Assembly: GCA_963795085.1 (NCBI GenBank)
Contig: CAWCFX010000003.1
Coordinates: 64,001-128,000, forward strand
Direction of reading: 5' to 3'
Origin: an uncultured Gemmatimonadales bacterium
Lineage (GTDB): Bacteria > Gemmatimonadota > Gemmatimonadetes > Gemmatimonadales > GWC2-71-9
Length of the DNA: 64,000 nt
Below are positions 39,108 to 48,097 of the stretch, one piece after another. Position 1 is the stretch's first letter. Each line of letters opens with the position of its first letter. The translations under genes were made by a program, and so were the position numbers. Below the pieces are notes generated by a model, which saw nothing but the letters and a program-made list of their open reading frames with translations, searched no databases and was not told the origin of the DNA.

Positions 39108-39569
39108 CTATCGGCCGAACAGGGTGCGCAGACTGGTGTTGAGTTCCCGCTCGAAATCGGCGGCCAGCACCTCGCGGGGCTTGTCTTCTCCCGGGGTGGC
39201 GGCCTGCAGCGCCTGCACCAGCCGGCTGAAGAACAGCTGGACCAGTCCCAGGGTGGTTTCCGGCCCGAAGACCACCAGCCCGATCCAGGCCCCGCGCGGT
39301 GTGTCGAAGCGGGCCAGGAAGTGCCCCTGCCGGGTACCCTGGTGAACCATGATCGTGAAGGCCGGCCAGGTCATGGTGCGGGCCAGTTCCTGCGCGGAGG
39401 CGACGATGCCGGCCCCCAGCGCCGCCGCGGACATCACGTCCAGGGCCCGCGTGAACCCGTGCTGGGCAATGACCTGCCCCGACCCGGTCATGATCAGGAC
39501 CAGCCGGGCGGAGGACTCAGCCAGGAAATCATTGAGGGGCTCCACCACCCAGGGCTCGACTGAGCGCAT
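39108..39569 (-). CDS. mglB: MglB-like roadblock protein (putative GAP)
   Basis: Adjacent to mglA; AALGAG..AS..ELA, HQG, VVFG.ETTLGLV, C-terminal acidic helix DFERELNTSLRTLFG. Confidence 0.85.
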   Translation of the reverse strand: MRSVEPWVVEPLNDFLAESSARLVLIMTGSGQVIAQHGFTRALDVMSAAALGAGIVASAQELARTMTWPAFTIMVHQGTRQGHFLARFDTPRGAWIGLVVFGPETTLGLVQLFFSRLVQALQAATPGEDKPREVLAADFERELNTSLRTLFGR

Positions 39570-39916
39570 CAGGAGCCGCCCTCCGCGACCCGCGCCATTT
39601 CCAGCCGCGCCCGCCCCACGTTGACGCCCTTGTCCGCAATCACGATGAGCAGAAGCCCGGCGCCAGCCGGGGCCAGCAACAGCGCGCCACCGGTCGCCTG
39701 CAGGTGCAGAAACCCGGCGCTCCCGCCGCGGGCGGTCATCGCCGCCGTCTCCAGTTTCCGGGCCAGGCTGCTCGCCAACGCGGCCAGGGCGGCGCTCTCG
39801 ACGTCTTCCCGAATCGATTCCGCGACCACGATGCCGTCATCCCGGCTGGCCAGCATGGCCCCGCGGACGCCGGCGATGCCGGTGAGACGGTCCAGGGCCG
39901 CCGGTGTCAGGGTCAT
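39569..39916 (-). CDS. Roadblock/LC7 domain protein
   Basis: GVRGAMLASRDDGIVVA, ALAALASSL, LLLIVIADKGVNVGRARLEM. Confidence 0.88.
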   Translation of the reverse strand: MTLTPAALDRLTGIAGVRGAMLASRDDGIVVAESIREDVESAALAALASSLARKLETAAMTARGGSAGFLHLQATGGALLLAPAGAGLLLIVIADKGVNVGRARLEMARVAEGGS

Positions 39917-40791
39917 GCGCCTGCCTCCAACCAGCGGCGGGCGGCTTCCAGCGCCCGCCCGGTCCCGATGGCTACCCGTCCCATTGGCATCGAGGGATCC
40001 CGCATTACCATCAGGAGCGTTTCCGCCGTCGGCGGCACCAGGAAGTAGTTGGCGGCGCCGGTTTCCACCGCGATACTCCGCCATTCCCCGAGGTCCAGTA
40101 TCCGGGCCGCTCGAGCCGCCTCCCGGGAAACGCCCGCGAGTTCCGCCGCCACCTGGTCGGCGACGCCTTCCCCCAGTTCCCCCAGGGATCCGAGCAGGCG
40201 CATCCCGGCGGAATCCACCAGCAACAGTCCGTCGTCCTCCAGCACCGCATCGCCGGCCGCCGCGGGCCGGGGAGAGGAGGGCGGGATGGACGGTTGCTCG
40301 ACCTCGAAGCGAATGGCGGCCGGCGCGGCGGGAGTCCCGATCCGCGGGGGTTCCTCCGGGACCGGCGTGGCCGGCTCCGCTTCCCGCGCGGCGAGTTGGG
40401 CCCTGACCCGCTCGAGGGCGCTCTCCACCTGGGCATCGCCCGGCAAGTCCGCCGCCGCCGCATTCAGATGGCGAAGCGCCGACGGAAGGTCGCCCGCTTT
40501 CCAGAACAGGAAGGCGAGGCCCTTGTGAGCGCCGCCATGGGCTGGGTCCAGCCGGAGCGTCATGTCCCACTCATCGAACGCCCCTTCGAGGTCCTGGTGA
40601 TCCACCAGCACCCGGGCATACAGGTCGTGGGCCTCCGGGAGATTGGGATAGCGCACCAGCCCCTGGAGGGCCACCTTGGCGGCGGGCTCGAGCCGGCCGG
40701 CCTGGCGCAGGGCTTCCCCCAGCCGGAGAAACACCAGGCTGGTGGAATCGGCGGCCAGTTCGGCGGTCATCCGGCGGATGTCGTCAGTCAC
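39913..40791 (-). CDS. TPR + Pro-rich linker + C-terminal roadblock-like fusion protein
   Basis: N-terminal TPRs (SLVFLRLGEALRQAG...), PEEPP linker, C-terminal GLLLVDSAG...VAAELAG...LGEWRSIAVE...LLMVM. Confidence 0.78.
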   Translation of the reverse strand: MTDDIRRMTAELAADSTSLVFLRLGEALRQAGRLEPAAKVALQGLVRYPNLPEAHDLYARVLVDHQDLEGAFDEWDMTLRLDPAHGGAHKGLAFLFWKAGDLPSALRHLNAAAADLPGDAQVESALERVRAQLAAREAEPATPVPEEPPRIGTPAAPAAIRFEVEQPSIPPSSPRPAAAGDAVLEDDGLLLVDSAGMRLLGSLGELGEGVADQVAAELAGVSREAARAARILDLGEWRSIAVETGAANYFLVPPTAETLLMVMRDPSMPMGRVAIGTGRALEAARRWLEAGA

Positions 40792-41929
40792 CCGGCCCTC
40801 GCAGTGCCTGGTCCAGAGTCGCGACCGCTTCTCGCACCGCCCGGACCGTGGCGGAATGCGCCGCCTCTTCGGGCGGCATGCCGGCGGTGGCGTTCCAGCG
40901 GTCGCAGGCGTCCGTGGCCTCGCGGAAGCGACCCTGGGCGGCCAGGCAGAGGCCCCACAACCGCCAGGCGGGGATAAAATCCGGGTCCAGCTGGAGCGCC
41001 CGGTGAATCGCGGTCCCGGCCTCGGCGTAGCGGCTGCTTCGCAGCAGCGTCCGCCCCAGCACGACATGGGCCAGCGGCTGGTCGGGATAGTGGGTCGCGG
41101 CTTCCTCCGCGATCTGGCGCGCGACATCGGTTTCCCCGTTGAACAGCTCGTTCTCCGCCCGGCTGATCATGATGGCCAGTTCCCTCCCGCCAGGCTGCTC
41201 CCGGGGGTGCTGGGCCGGGTCCTCGAGCTGGATGATGCCGGCGCTGGCCAGCCCGAAGAGAGTCTTGGCGACCTCGAACTCGGAGCGCACCAGCGCCAGC
41301 GAAATACCCCGTACGTCCTGGGCTCCGTCGATCGCCGCCAGCACTTCCCACTCGAACGGGATCAGGTCCAGCGGCGCCTCGGACGAGGGGAGGGCCAGCC
41401 GTGGCAGGATGCCGAGGTGAGGAATCTTGGTTTCGATGCGCGACCACTCGTCGATCCGGCGTGCCGCTTCCATGACCAGCGCCTCGGTGGTGATCCGGAT
41501 ATCCGCCTCGGCGGGAGACTCGGCCACTTCGCCTTCCTCGAATGAGAAGTAGCCCTCCGCCCAGCTCAGCAATTCGAAAATGACTTCCTCGACCTGGGAA
41601 CGGACCTGCCGGTCCAGTTCACGCCGGGTGATGGAGCCCATGGCGATCAGGATCTCACCCAGCCGGCGGGGGTCGCCATTCTGCTGCATGGCCCGGGAAC
41701 GGGTCAGGTCCTCTTCCGAGATCTTGCCGGCCCGAAGCAGGAGGCCACCCAGCGGGTGCGGGTTGCTGCGGATCTCGGCGCCAATCACGGCGCCCTTCTC
41801 GAAAAACACCATCCCCGCGTTCTGGCGGATCTCGGAGCGCACCCTGAGCACCCCGGTCTTCCGGCTCAGGTCCAGCAGCTGGAAGACATCGTGGATGCCC
41901 AGTTCGCGGAGAGGGCCTTCGATCGCCAC
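40784..41929 (-). CDS. DUF4388 + tandem MshEN-like motifs + TPR protein (second copy)
   Basis: AIEGPLRELGIHDVFQLL..SRKTG.L, LLSWAEGYFSF, LVMEAARRIDEW; PLGGLLL/RLGEILI repeats; C-terminal TPRs. Confidence 0.87.
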   Translation of the reverse strand: MAIEGPLRELGIHDVFQLLDLSRKTGVLRVRSEIRQNAGMVFFEKGAVIGAEIRSNPHPLGGLLLRAGKISEEDLTRSRAMQQNGDPRRLGEILIAMGSITRRELDRQVRSQVEEVIFELLSWAEGYFSFEEGEVAESPAEADIRITTEALVMEAARRIDEWSRIETKIPHLGILPRLALPSSEAPLDLIPFEWEVLAAIDGAQDVRGISLALVRSEFEVAKTLFGLASAGIIQLEDPAQHPREQPGGRELAIMISRAENELFNGETDVARQIAEEAATHYPDQPLAHVVLGRTLLRSSRYAEAGTAIHRALQLDPDFIPAWRLWGLCLAAQGRFREATDACDRWNATAGMPPEEAAHSATVRAVREAVATLDQALRGPGD

Positions 41930-41930
41930 G

Positions 41931-44627
41931 TCAGGATGCCCTGGACACGAGAATGCGTTCCAGGTCACGGGCCGACCGTGCCTCGTTCCTTGCCAGCTGC
42001 GCGAAGGAGGAGGCCGGGTCGGCCTGGACCACTTTTTCCCACAGCTGCAGCGCCTGGTGATAGCGGCGCATCCGGGCCAGCGCGACCCCCCCGTAATACA
42101 ATGCCCCGGTGCAGTCCGGCGCGAACTTGAGGATCCGGCTGAATGCTTCCAGCGCCCGTTCCGGGCGGCCATCGTCGATCAGGGTGCGGCCCAGCAGCTG
42201 CAGCGCTTCGAGGTCGTAGGGATCGTGAATCAGGAGCGAGACCAGGACATCCGTGGCGGCCGGTCGCGCCTCGGTCCGCCGCAGCAGGTCGGCCAGCGCC
42301 AGCCCGGCTTCCACGTAGGTGGGCAGCAGATCGAGCGCCCGTTCATAGGCCGCGCGGGCGCCGGTCCAGTTCTCCCGTTTCTCTTCCAGCGCTCCCAGTT
42401 CACACCAGACCTGGGCCAGCGACCCGTCCAACTGGAGCGCGCCCTGGTAGGCCTCGATGGCGGCGGCGGTTTCGCCCAGCCGCGCGGCGATGTTCCCCTG
42501 CAGCTGCAGCAGGTCGGGCCGGCCGGGAGCCCGGGCCTGGGCCTCCCGGGCCAGGTCCATGGCACCGACCGGGTTGCCCGCGGCCAGCCGGGTGCGCGCG
42601 GCGGCGACGAGCACCTCCACGTTGTCCCGGCAGCGCGGGATCATCGATTCCACGATGGATGCCGCTTCGCTTGCGCGGCCCAGGGCGAGCAGCGCCCGGA
42701 CTTCGCCCAGGGCCGCCCCGTCGTTGCTCCCCAGCTCCTTGCGAGCCTCGCGGTACCGTTCCAGCGCTTCGCCATGCAGGCCTCGCCGGGCGAAGATATG
42801 TCCGGCCAGCACCGCCGCCTCGGCGGGCGAGGCTCCCCGCCCGAGGGCCCGGTCCAGTTCGGCGGAGGCCCGCTCCAGCAACCCCTTGGCCACGCACTCG
42901 CGCGCCAGGGCCAGCGGATCTTCGCCGGTCGGCCCCGCCGTGGCGGGGGCCGGGACGGCGGGCGCGAGTTCCCGAAAGACCTGATCCAGGAGGCGCTGAT
43001 CGAACGTGAAATCCTCGCCCAGTTCCTCGGTGACGACATCAGCTGAAATCTCCGGAACGATGGCGATGGTCGGGTCTTCGTACTGGAGGTCGATCGTCAG
43101 CGAGTACTTCTGGGGAACATAGAACGGCTCCAGTTCCAGCGCCCGCTTGGTTTCCCGGAGAGCTCCATCGAACTCGCCCAGCTGGCTCAGGGTGAAACTC
43201 AGGTTGTAATGGGCCGACGCGCTCTCGGGATCGGATTCGACGGCCCGGGCGAAGGCATTGCGCGCATCGGGAAAGCGCTTGAGTTCAGTGAGAACCAGCC
43301 CGATCCCATTCCACGCGATGGCGTTGCCCTCCGACTGGGCCAGGACCTGCCGGTACGCCTCCAGGGAGAGTTGCAGCCGGCGCCGCTGCAGGAGCAGCAG
43401 CCCCAGGTTCAGCTGGGCCGTGATGAGGTCGCGCCTGCAGCGGAGGGCCTGGTGAAAGGATTCCTGGGCATCGTCCGAGCCGGTGTCACCGCTCTGCAGG
43501 ACCCCCAGGTTGTTCCAGCTGAGGGCATAGTTGGGATCAAGGGCGACCGCTTTGCGATAGGCGGCCGTGGCTTCCTCCCGGCGGCCGGCCTGGTGCAGGC
43601 AGACGCCGCGCTCGTTTTCCAGCTTGGGGGAGTCGGCGAACTCGGCCACCAGTCGATCATACAACTCCAGCGCCGCGCCCAGGTCCCGGCGCAGGAGGTG
43701 CACCTCGGCCATGGCCTGGAGCGTCAGGCGCCGGTCCTCCCCGCTCTCCAGGGCCAGCCGGTACTCGCGCAGCGCTTCGACATAATAGCCCTTCTGCCGG
43801 AACGCGAGGCCGAGATTGTAATGCGCCAGCGTGGATCCGCCGGCCAGGGATGGCCGCCGCAGTTGGTCGCTGCCTTCGGCGATGACCCGGGCGCCTCCGG
43901 TCCTGCGCCGGAGCGACAGGTTAGTATGGGCCCGGGCGAAGGTGGGATTGAGCGCGATGGCCCGCTTGGTCGCCGCCCGGGCCGCCTCGTGCTGGCCCAA
44001 ATCGCCGTACAGGAACGCCAGCAGATAGTGGGCGTCGGCGTTGTCCGGGTTGAGTCCCACCGCCTCCTGCAGGATGCTCCGGGCCTGGTCGTTGAGGCCG
44101 CGGTTGTACAGGGCTTCCCCGTAGTAGAACAGGGCCAGCGAGCTTTCCGGGTCCAGGTCCCGGGCCTCGCCGAACCGGTCGCAGGCCTCTTCCAGGTGGC
44201 CACTGGCCTTGAGCGCGAGGCCGAGCTGAATCAGGGCAGCCACGTCGCCGGGGGACCGCGCGAGCAGGGCTTCGAACTCCCGGACGGCGTCTTCGTGGTG
44301 GCCCAGCGACGCGTAGGTGCGGGCCAACTCCCACCGGGCATCCCGGTCGTCGGGAGCCCGGCGCACCCGCTCGTGCAGTTCCGCCACCCGGCGATCGTAG
44401 TACCCGGTGTTGCGGTAGGCGACCTCCAGGTTGGCCTGGGCCACCTGCATCTTGGGATCGAGTTCCAGCGCCCGGGAAAACGCGGCGATGGCCTCGGCGA
44501 CCAGGCCTTTCTGGTGGTAGAGGACGCCCAGGTTGTTATGGGCGCCGGCGTCGGAAGGATCGATCCGGCGGGCAAAAGAACGCAGGACCGCGAGGTCGCG
44601 TTCCGAGAGGACCGAGCCGCCGGACAT
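41931..44627 (-). CDS. Large cytoplasmic TPR-repeat protein (898 aa)
   Basis: Many canonical TPRs (AHNNLGVLY, AHYNLGLAF, SWNNLGVL, AWNGIGLVL); no signal peptide. Confidence 0.9.
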   Translation of the reverse strand: MSGGSVLSERDLAVLRSFARRIDPSDAGAHNNLGVLYHQKGLVAEAIAAFSRALELDPKMQVAQANLEVAYRNTGYYDRRVAELHERVRRAPDDRDARWELARTYASLGHHEDAVREFEALLARSPGDVAALIQLGLALKASGHLEEACDRFGEARDLDPESSLALFYYGEALYNRGLNDQARSILQEAVGLNPDNADAHYLLAFLYGDLGQHEAARAATKRAIALNPTFARAHTNLSLRRRTGGARVIAEGSDQLRRPSLAGGSTLAHYNLGLAFRQKGYYVEALREYRLALESGEDRRLTLQAMAEVHLLRRDLGAALELYDRLVAEFADSPKLENERGVCLHQAGRREEATAAYRKAVALDPNYALSWNNLGVLQSGDTGSDDAQESFHQALRCRRDLITAQLNLGLLLLQRRRLQLSLEAYRQVLAQSEGNAIAWNGIGLVLTELKRFPDARNAFARAVESDPESASAHYNLSFTLSQLGEFDGALRETKRALELEPFYVPQKYSLTIDLQYEDPTIAIVPEISADVVTEELGEDFTFDQRLLDQVFRELAPAVPAPATAGPTGEDPLALARECVAKGLLERASAELDRALGRGASPAEAAVLAGHIFARRGLHGEALERYREARKELGSNDGAALGEVRALLALGRASEAASIVESMIPRCRDNVEVLVAAARTRLAAGNPVGAMDLAREAQARAPGRPDLLQLQGNIAARLGETAAAIEAYQGALQLDGSLAQVWCELGALEEKRENWTGARAAYERALDLLPTYVEAGLALADLLRRTEARPAATDVLVSLLIHDPYDLEALQLLGRTLIDDGRPERALEAFSRILKFAPDCTGALYYGGVALARMRRYHQALQLWEKVVQADPASSFAQLARNEARSARDLERILVSRAS

Positions 44628-44634
44628 TCGGCCG

Positions 44635-45255
44635 TCAGGTCAGCCGGATGGCGTCGAACACCGCGCGGAGCGACGCGAGGTCGGGCATCAGCAGGAAGTG
44701 GCCGCGGAGACCCTTGGCTTCATCGGTGAACTGGAATTCGGTTTCCAGGCAGAAGACAAAGTCCCGTTCGTACCCGAAGTTGAGGTACGTCGTGGTGAGG
44801 ATCGCCCCGGAGAGGTCGATCACCAGCGAGGGCACCGAGGGAAGCAGCATCATCCCCATGAAATCGCTCAGCGCGGTGAGGTAGGCGCTGCTCAGAATGT
44901 TGCCGGCCTCCTTGAGCCCGGATTCTTCCATGATGCCGAATTCGACGGTGGTGCCGATGGGGCGCCGCAGCAGGATGTCGCACAGCATCCGGGCCGAGTC
45001 CCGCGGAAAAATCACCATGGTCCGGCCGGTCAGATCGCCCATCATGTGCATGAGCACCGCGGCGATCACGTCGTCCGGCTTGCCCAGGACGTCGGCGACC
45101 TGTTCCAGCCGGGTGATGTTCACCTCGGGCACCGTGATCATGATCTTGCGGCTGGTCATCTGCGACAACGCCGTCGCGGCGTGACCGGCCCCGATATTGG
45201 CCACCTCGCGGAGGGCGTCCAGTTGCAGCGCCTGCAAGTTCCGTATGTCGTCCAT
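44635..45255 (-). CDS. cheC: CheY-P phosphatase CheC
   Basis: DALREVANIGAGHAATALS and SGLKEAGNIL (two ExxN sites); GGAG RBS before ATG 45255 (alternative start 45267). Confidence 0.95.
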   Translation of the reverse strand: MDDIRNLQALQLDALREVANIGAGHAATALSQMTSRKIMITVPEVNITRLEQVADVLGKPDDVIAAVLMHMMGDLTGRTMVIFPRDSARMLCDILLRRPIGTTVEFGIMEESGLKEAGNILSSAYLTALSDFMGMMLLPSVPSLVIDLSGAILTTTYLNFGYERDFVFCLETEFQFTDEAKGLRGHFLLMPDLASLRAVFDAIRLT

Positions 45256-45293
45256 TGAATACTCCATTCCGGAAGCCCGCCAACCCACCCCTG

Positions 45294-45319
45294 CCCGGTA
45301 CTCAGTCCTGAGTACCGGG
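45294..45319. promoter_or_regulatory. Perfect 12-bp inverted repeat between cheA and cheC
   Basis: CCCGGTACTCAG-tc-CTGAGTACCGGG, no U tract. Confidence 0.5.
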
Positions 45320-45322
45320 TGC

Positions 45323-47218
45323 CTACATCAGCGCTGCCGCATCCAGGATGAGCGCCGGTTCACCGTCACCCAGGATGGTGGCCCCGGAGAACACCGGCAG
45401 CATGCCCCGGGGCGCCTCGAACGGCTCCACCACGATCTCCTGCTGGCCCAGCAGCGCGTCCACCACCAGGGCGCTCTTGCGCTCACCCGATTCGAGGATG
45501 ATGGCCGGGGGCCGCGCCGGGGCCGGGTCGCCGTTCACCCGGAGCAGGTCCCGGAGCCGGGTGGTGGGAATTACCCGATCGCGCAGGACCAGCGCCTCGC
45601 GGCCGCCGAGCGAGGTGCTCCGCCCGGGATCCCATTCGATGGTCTCGGCCACGTGGGCGAGGGGCACCGCATAGCGCTCCCGACCGACCCGGGTGAGCAG
45701 GACCCGGAGCACCGCCAGGGTGACCGGGAGCCGCAGCGTGATCGAGGTTCCCCGCCCCGGCTCCGATTCGATCGCGGCCGCCCCGCCGAGGGCCCGCACC
45801 CGGGTCAGTACAACATCAATACCCACCCCGCGTCCCGACACGTCGGTCACGGCGGCGGCGGTGCTGAACCCGGGCCGCCCCATCACTTTGAGGAGGATGT
45901 CGTCAGTCAGCTCGCCAGTCACCGATTCCATCAGGCCATCCTGCACCGCCCGTTCGGCAATCTTCCTGCGGTCGATCCCGCGGCCATCGTCGGTGACCCG
46001 GACCGCGACGCCACTGCGGTCGCGCGCCGCCGAAAGTACGATCCGTCCCATCTCGTGCTTGCCGGCCCGCCGCCGGTCGGCCGGCGACTCGATCCCGTGG
46101 TCCACCGCGTTCCGGAGCAGGTGCAGCAGCGGATCGCCGATCTCGTCCAGGATGGCCCGGTCCAGTTCGATGTCGCCGCCTTCGATCAGCAGGTCCACCC
46201 GCTTGCCCAGCTGGCGGGCGAGGTCGCGCACCAGGCGCGGATAGCGGTCGAAGACCTGCCAGACCGGGGAGAGACGGACCTGGATGACCTCGGTCTGCAT
46301 CTCACTCACCAGCCGGCTGATCCGCGCGCTCACCGCCTCGAGATCGGGGTTTGGGGCGTGCGCCACCACCTCGGCCAGCCGGCCCTTGGCCACGACCAGT
46401 TCGCCCATGTGGTTCATCAGGGCATCGAGCCGGCGCAGGTCCACCCGGATGTGCCGGGGGCCGCCCGGCGCGGCGGGATCTTCGACCGGCGCCGGGACCG
46501 GCGCCTCGCCGATGGAAACGGTATCGACGTCGCCGGCGCCCCGGATGGCTGCCTCCACCACCTGGTCGGTCACATCGGTATGGAGCCGGAACGAAAAGCG
46601 CCCGTCGAAATCCTGCTTTTCCAGGTCGGACAGCGCGGGCCGCACACCGGTCACGTGGCCCAGCGCCTCGGCCCGCTTGAGGGCCAGGGCGGCGCGGCCG
46701 CCCCGCATGACCGCCTCCGAGCGAATCGCCACCCGGACCAGCCGGCCGGTGGCGACCGGCTCGGCCGTCCCCGCGGCCGTGGCCTCGATGGTCTGCCGGG
46801 CGGAGCGCACCGCGCGCATTTCGCCGGTGCGGGACTGGGCCTGGCTGGCGGCCGCGTCGAGGTCGGCGATCAGGGCGGCAAAATCGAGCCGATCATCGCG
46901 CCCCCCGGTGGCCTCCTCCAACGACTGCTCCAGGGTGTCCACCGCCCGGAAGAGCAGGTCGATCAGGTCCGCCTCGGCCGATGCTACCCGTTCCCGGAGC
47001 AGCGAGAGCAGGCTTTCCGCGCGGTGAGCCAGCGCCGCAAGGTTGGCATAGCCCATGGTGGCCGCCATCCCCTTGAGCGTGTGCATCGCGCGGAAGATCC
47101 CCACCACCGGCTCCGCGGCGTGGGGCGAGCGTTCAAGTTCCAGCAGCAGGCGGTTGCACGCCTGGAGATGCTCACGGCCTTCCGCGAGAAAGAGGTTGGC
47201 GTACCGGGAAAGGTCCAT
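45323..47218 (-). CDS. cheA: Chemotaxis histidine kinase CheA (P1-P2-P3-P4-P5)
   Basis: FRAMHTLKGMA (Hpt), IRVDLRRLDALMN, HLLRNAVDHGIE, DDGRGID, DVSGRGVGID, SGATILGDG. Confidence 0.98.
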   Translation of the reverse strand: MDLSRYANLFLAEGREHLQACNRLLLELERSPHAAEPVVGIFRAMHTLKGMAATMGYANLAALAHRAESLLSLLRERVASAEADLIDLLFRAVDTLEQSLEEATGGRDDRLDFAALIADLDAAASQAQSRTGEMRAVRSARQTIEATAAGTAEPVATGRLVRVAIRSEAVMRGGRAALALKRAEALGHVTGVRPALSDLEKQDFDGRFSFRLHTDVTDQVVEAAIRGAGDVDTVSIGEAPVPAPVEDPAAPGGPRHIRVDLRRLDALMNHMGELVVAKGRLAEVVAHAPNPDLEAVSARISRLVSEMQTEVIQVRLSPVWQVFDRYPRLVRDLARQLGKRVDLLIEGGDIELDRAILDEIGDPLLHLLRNAVDHGIESPADRRRAGKHEMGRIVLSAARDRSGVAVRVTDDGRGIDRRKIAERAVQDGLMESVTGELTDDILLKVMGRPGFSTAAAVTDVSGRGVGIDVVLTRVRALGGAAAIESEPGRGTSITLRLPVTLAVLRVLLTRVGRERYAVPLAHVAETIEWDPGRSTSLGGREALVLRDRVIPTTRLRDLLRVNGDPAPARPPAIILESGERKSALVVDALLGQQEIVVEPFEAPRGMLPVFSGATILGDGEPALILDAAALM

Positions 47219-47222
47219 CCGG

Positions 47223-47585
47223 TCAGCCGAGGACGCGCTGGACGGCCTCGAGGACGCGGGAGGGCTGGAACGGCTTCACAACAAAGTCCTTGGCGCCGGC
47301 CTGGATGGCCTCGACGACCAGGGCCTGCTGCCCCATCGCGCTGCACATGAGGACCTTGGCATCGGGATCGGTCCGGCAGATTTCCCGGACGGCGTCGATC
47401 CCGCCCATATCGGGCATGACGATATCCATGGTGACCAGGTCCGGTTTGAGCTGCCGGTATTTCTCCACCGCCTGCCGGCCGGTTTCGGCTTCACCGACCA
47501 CCTCGAACCCTGCCTGGGCGAGAATGTCGCTGATCATCGTGCGCATGAAGATCGCGTCGTCGCATACCAGAACCGTATGACCCAC
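47223..47585 (-). CDS. cheY: Chemotaxis response regulator CheY (Bacillus/Thermotoga-type)
   Basis: CDDAIFMR, TMDIVMP, MCSAMGQQ, GAKDFVVKPF. Confidence 0.95.
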   Translation of the reverse strand: MGHTVLVCDDAIFMRTMISDILAQAGFEVVGEAETGRQAVEKYRQLKPDLVTMDIVMPDMGGIDAVREICRTDPDAKVLMCSAMGQQALVVEAIQAGAKDFVVKPFQPSRVLEAVQRVLG

Positions 47586-47644
47586 GAAAGCTCCTTTCCT
47601 TGACCTGTCCAGCGTCCCCCTGCCCGGAAGAGAAGGGGGAACGA

Positions 47645-48097
47645 CTACCTGGCCTTCACCGGCGCAAGCACGGGACCCAGCACGACGTCCGGATCGAGTA
47701 CCACGAACACCAGCGATTCCCAGCGTCCGACTGCGCGTACGATTTGCGGATCCACGCCCGGCAGGGTGCCGCGGTCCTCCAGGGCACTGGCGGGAACGTG
47801 GACGAGATCGTGAACCTGGTCAACGAGAAGGCCGAGGGGCCGGCCGTGAACCTGCAGGAGAAGGATCGAGGGCTCGGCACCGGGCTCCCCCGCCGCCCGC
47901 CCCAGCATCCGCCGCCCATCCACCACCGTGACCAGCCGACCCCGCACATTCACGAGCCCTTCGACGCCGTCAACCGCCCCGGGAATACGGGCGGCACCCA
48001 GCGCGGGGACGATCTCCCGGACAGCCGCCACCGGGAGGGCACAGATCAGGTCGCCCACCCGGAAGATGACCAGGCTCGCCGCGGTAGTTTCAGCCAT
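47645..48097 (-). CDS. cheW: Chemotaxis adaptor CheW (first copy)
   Basis: LVIFRVG..CALPV..VREI, IPGA..VEGLVNVRG, GLLVDQV; start overlaps rluD stop. Confidence 0.92.
   Translation of the reverse strand: MAETTAASLVIFRVGDLICALPVAAVREIVPALGAARIPGAVDGVEGLVNVRGRLVTVVDGRRMLGRAAGEPGAEPSILLLQVHGRPLGLLVDQVHDLVHVPASALEDRGTLPGVDPQIVRAVGRWESLVFVVLDPDVVLGPVLAPVKAR

Noticed and set aside
27571..48097. Genomic island or prophage integrated at the tRNAs
   Set aside because: No integrase, phage or transposase genes, no duplicated tRNA end, and no evident compositional shift; locus overlaps housekeeping rluD
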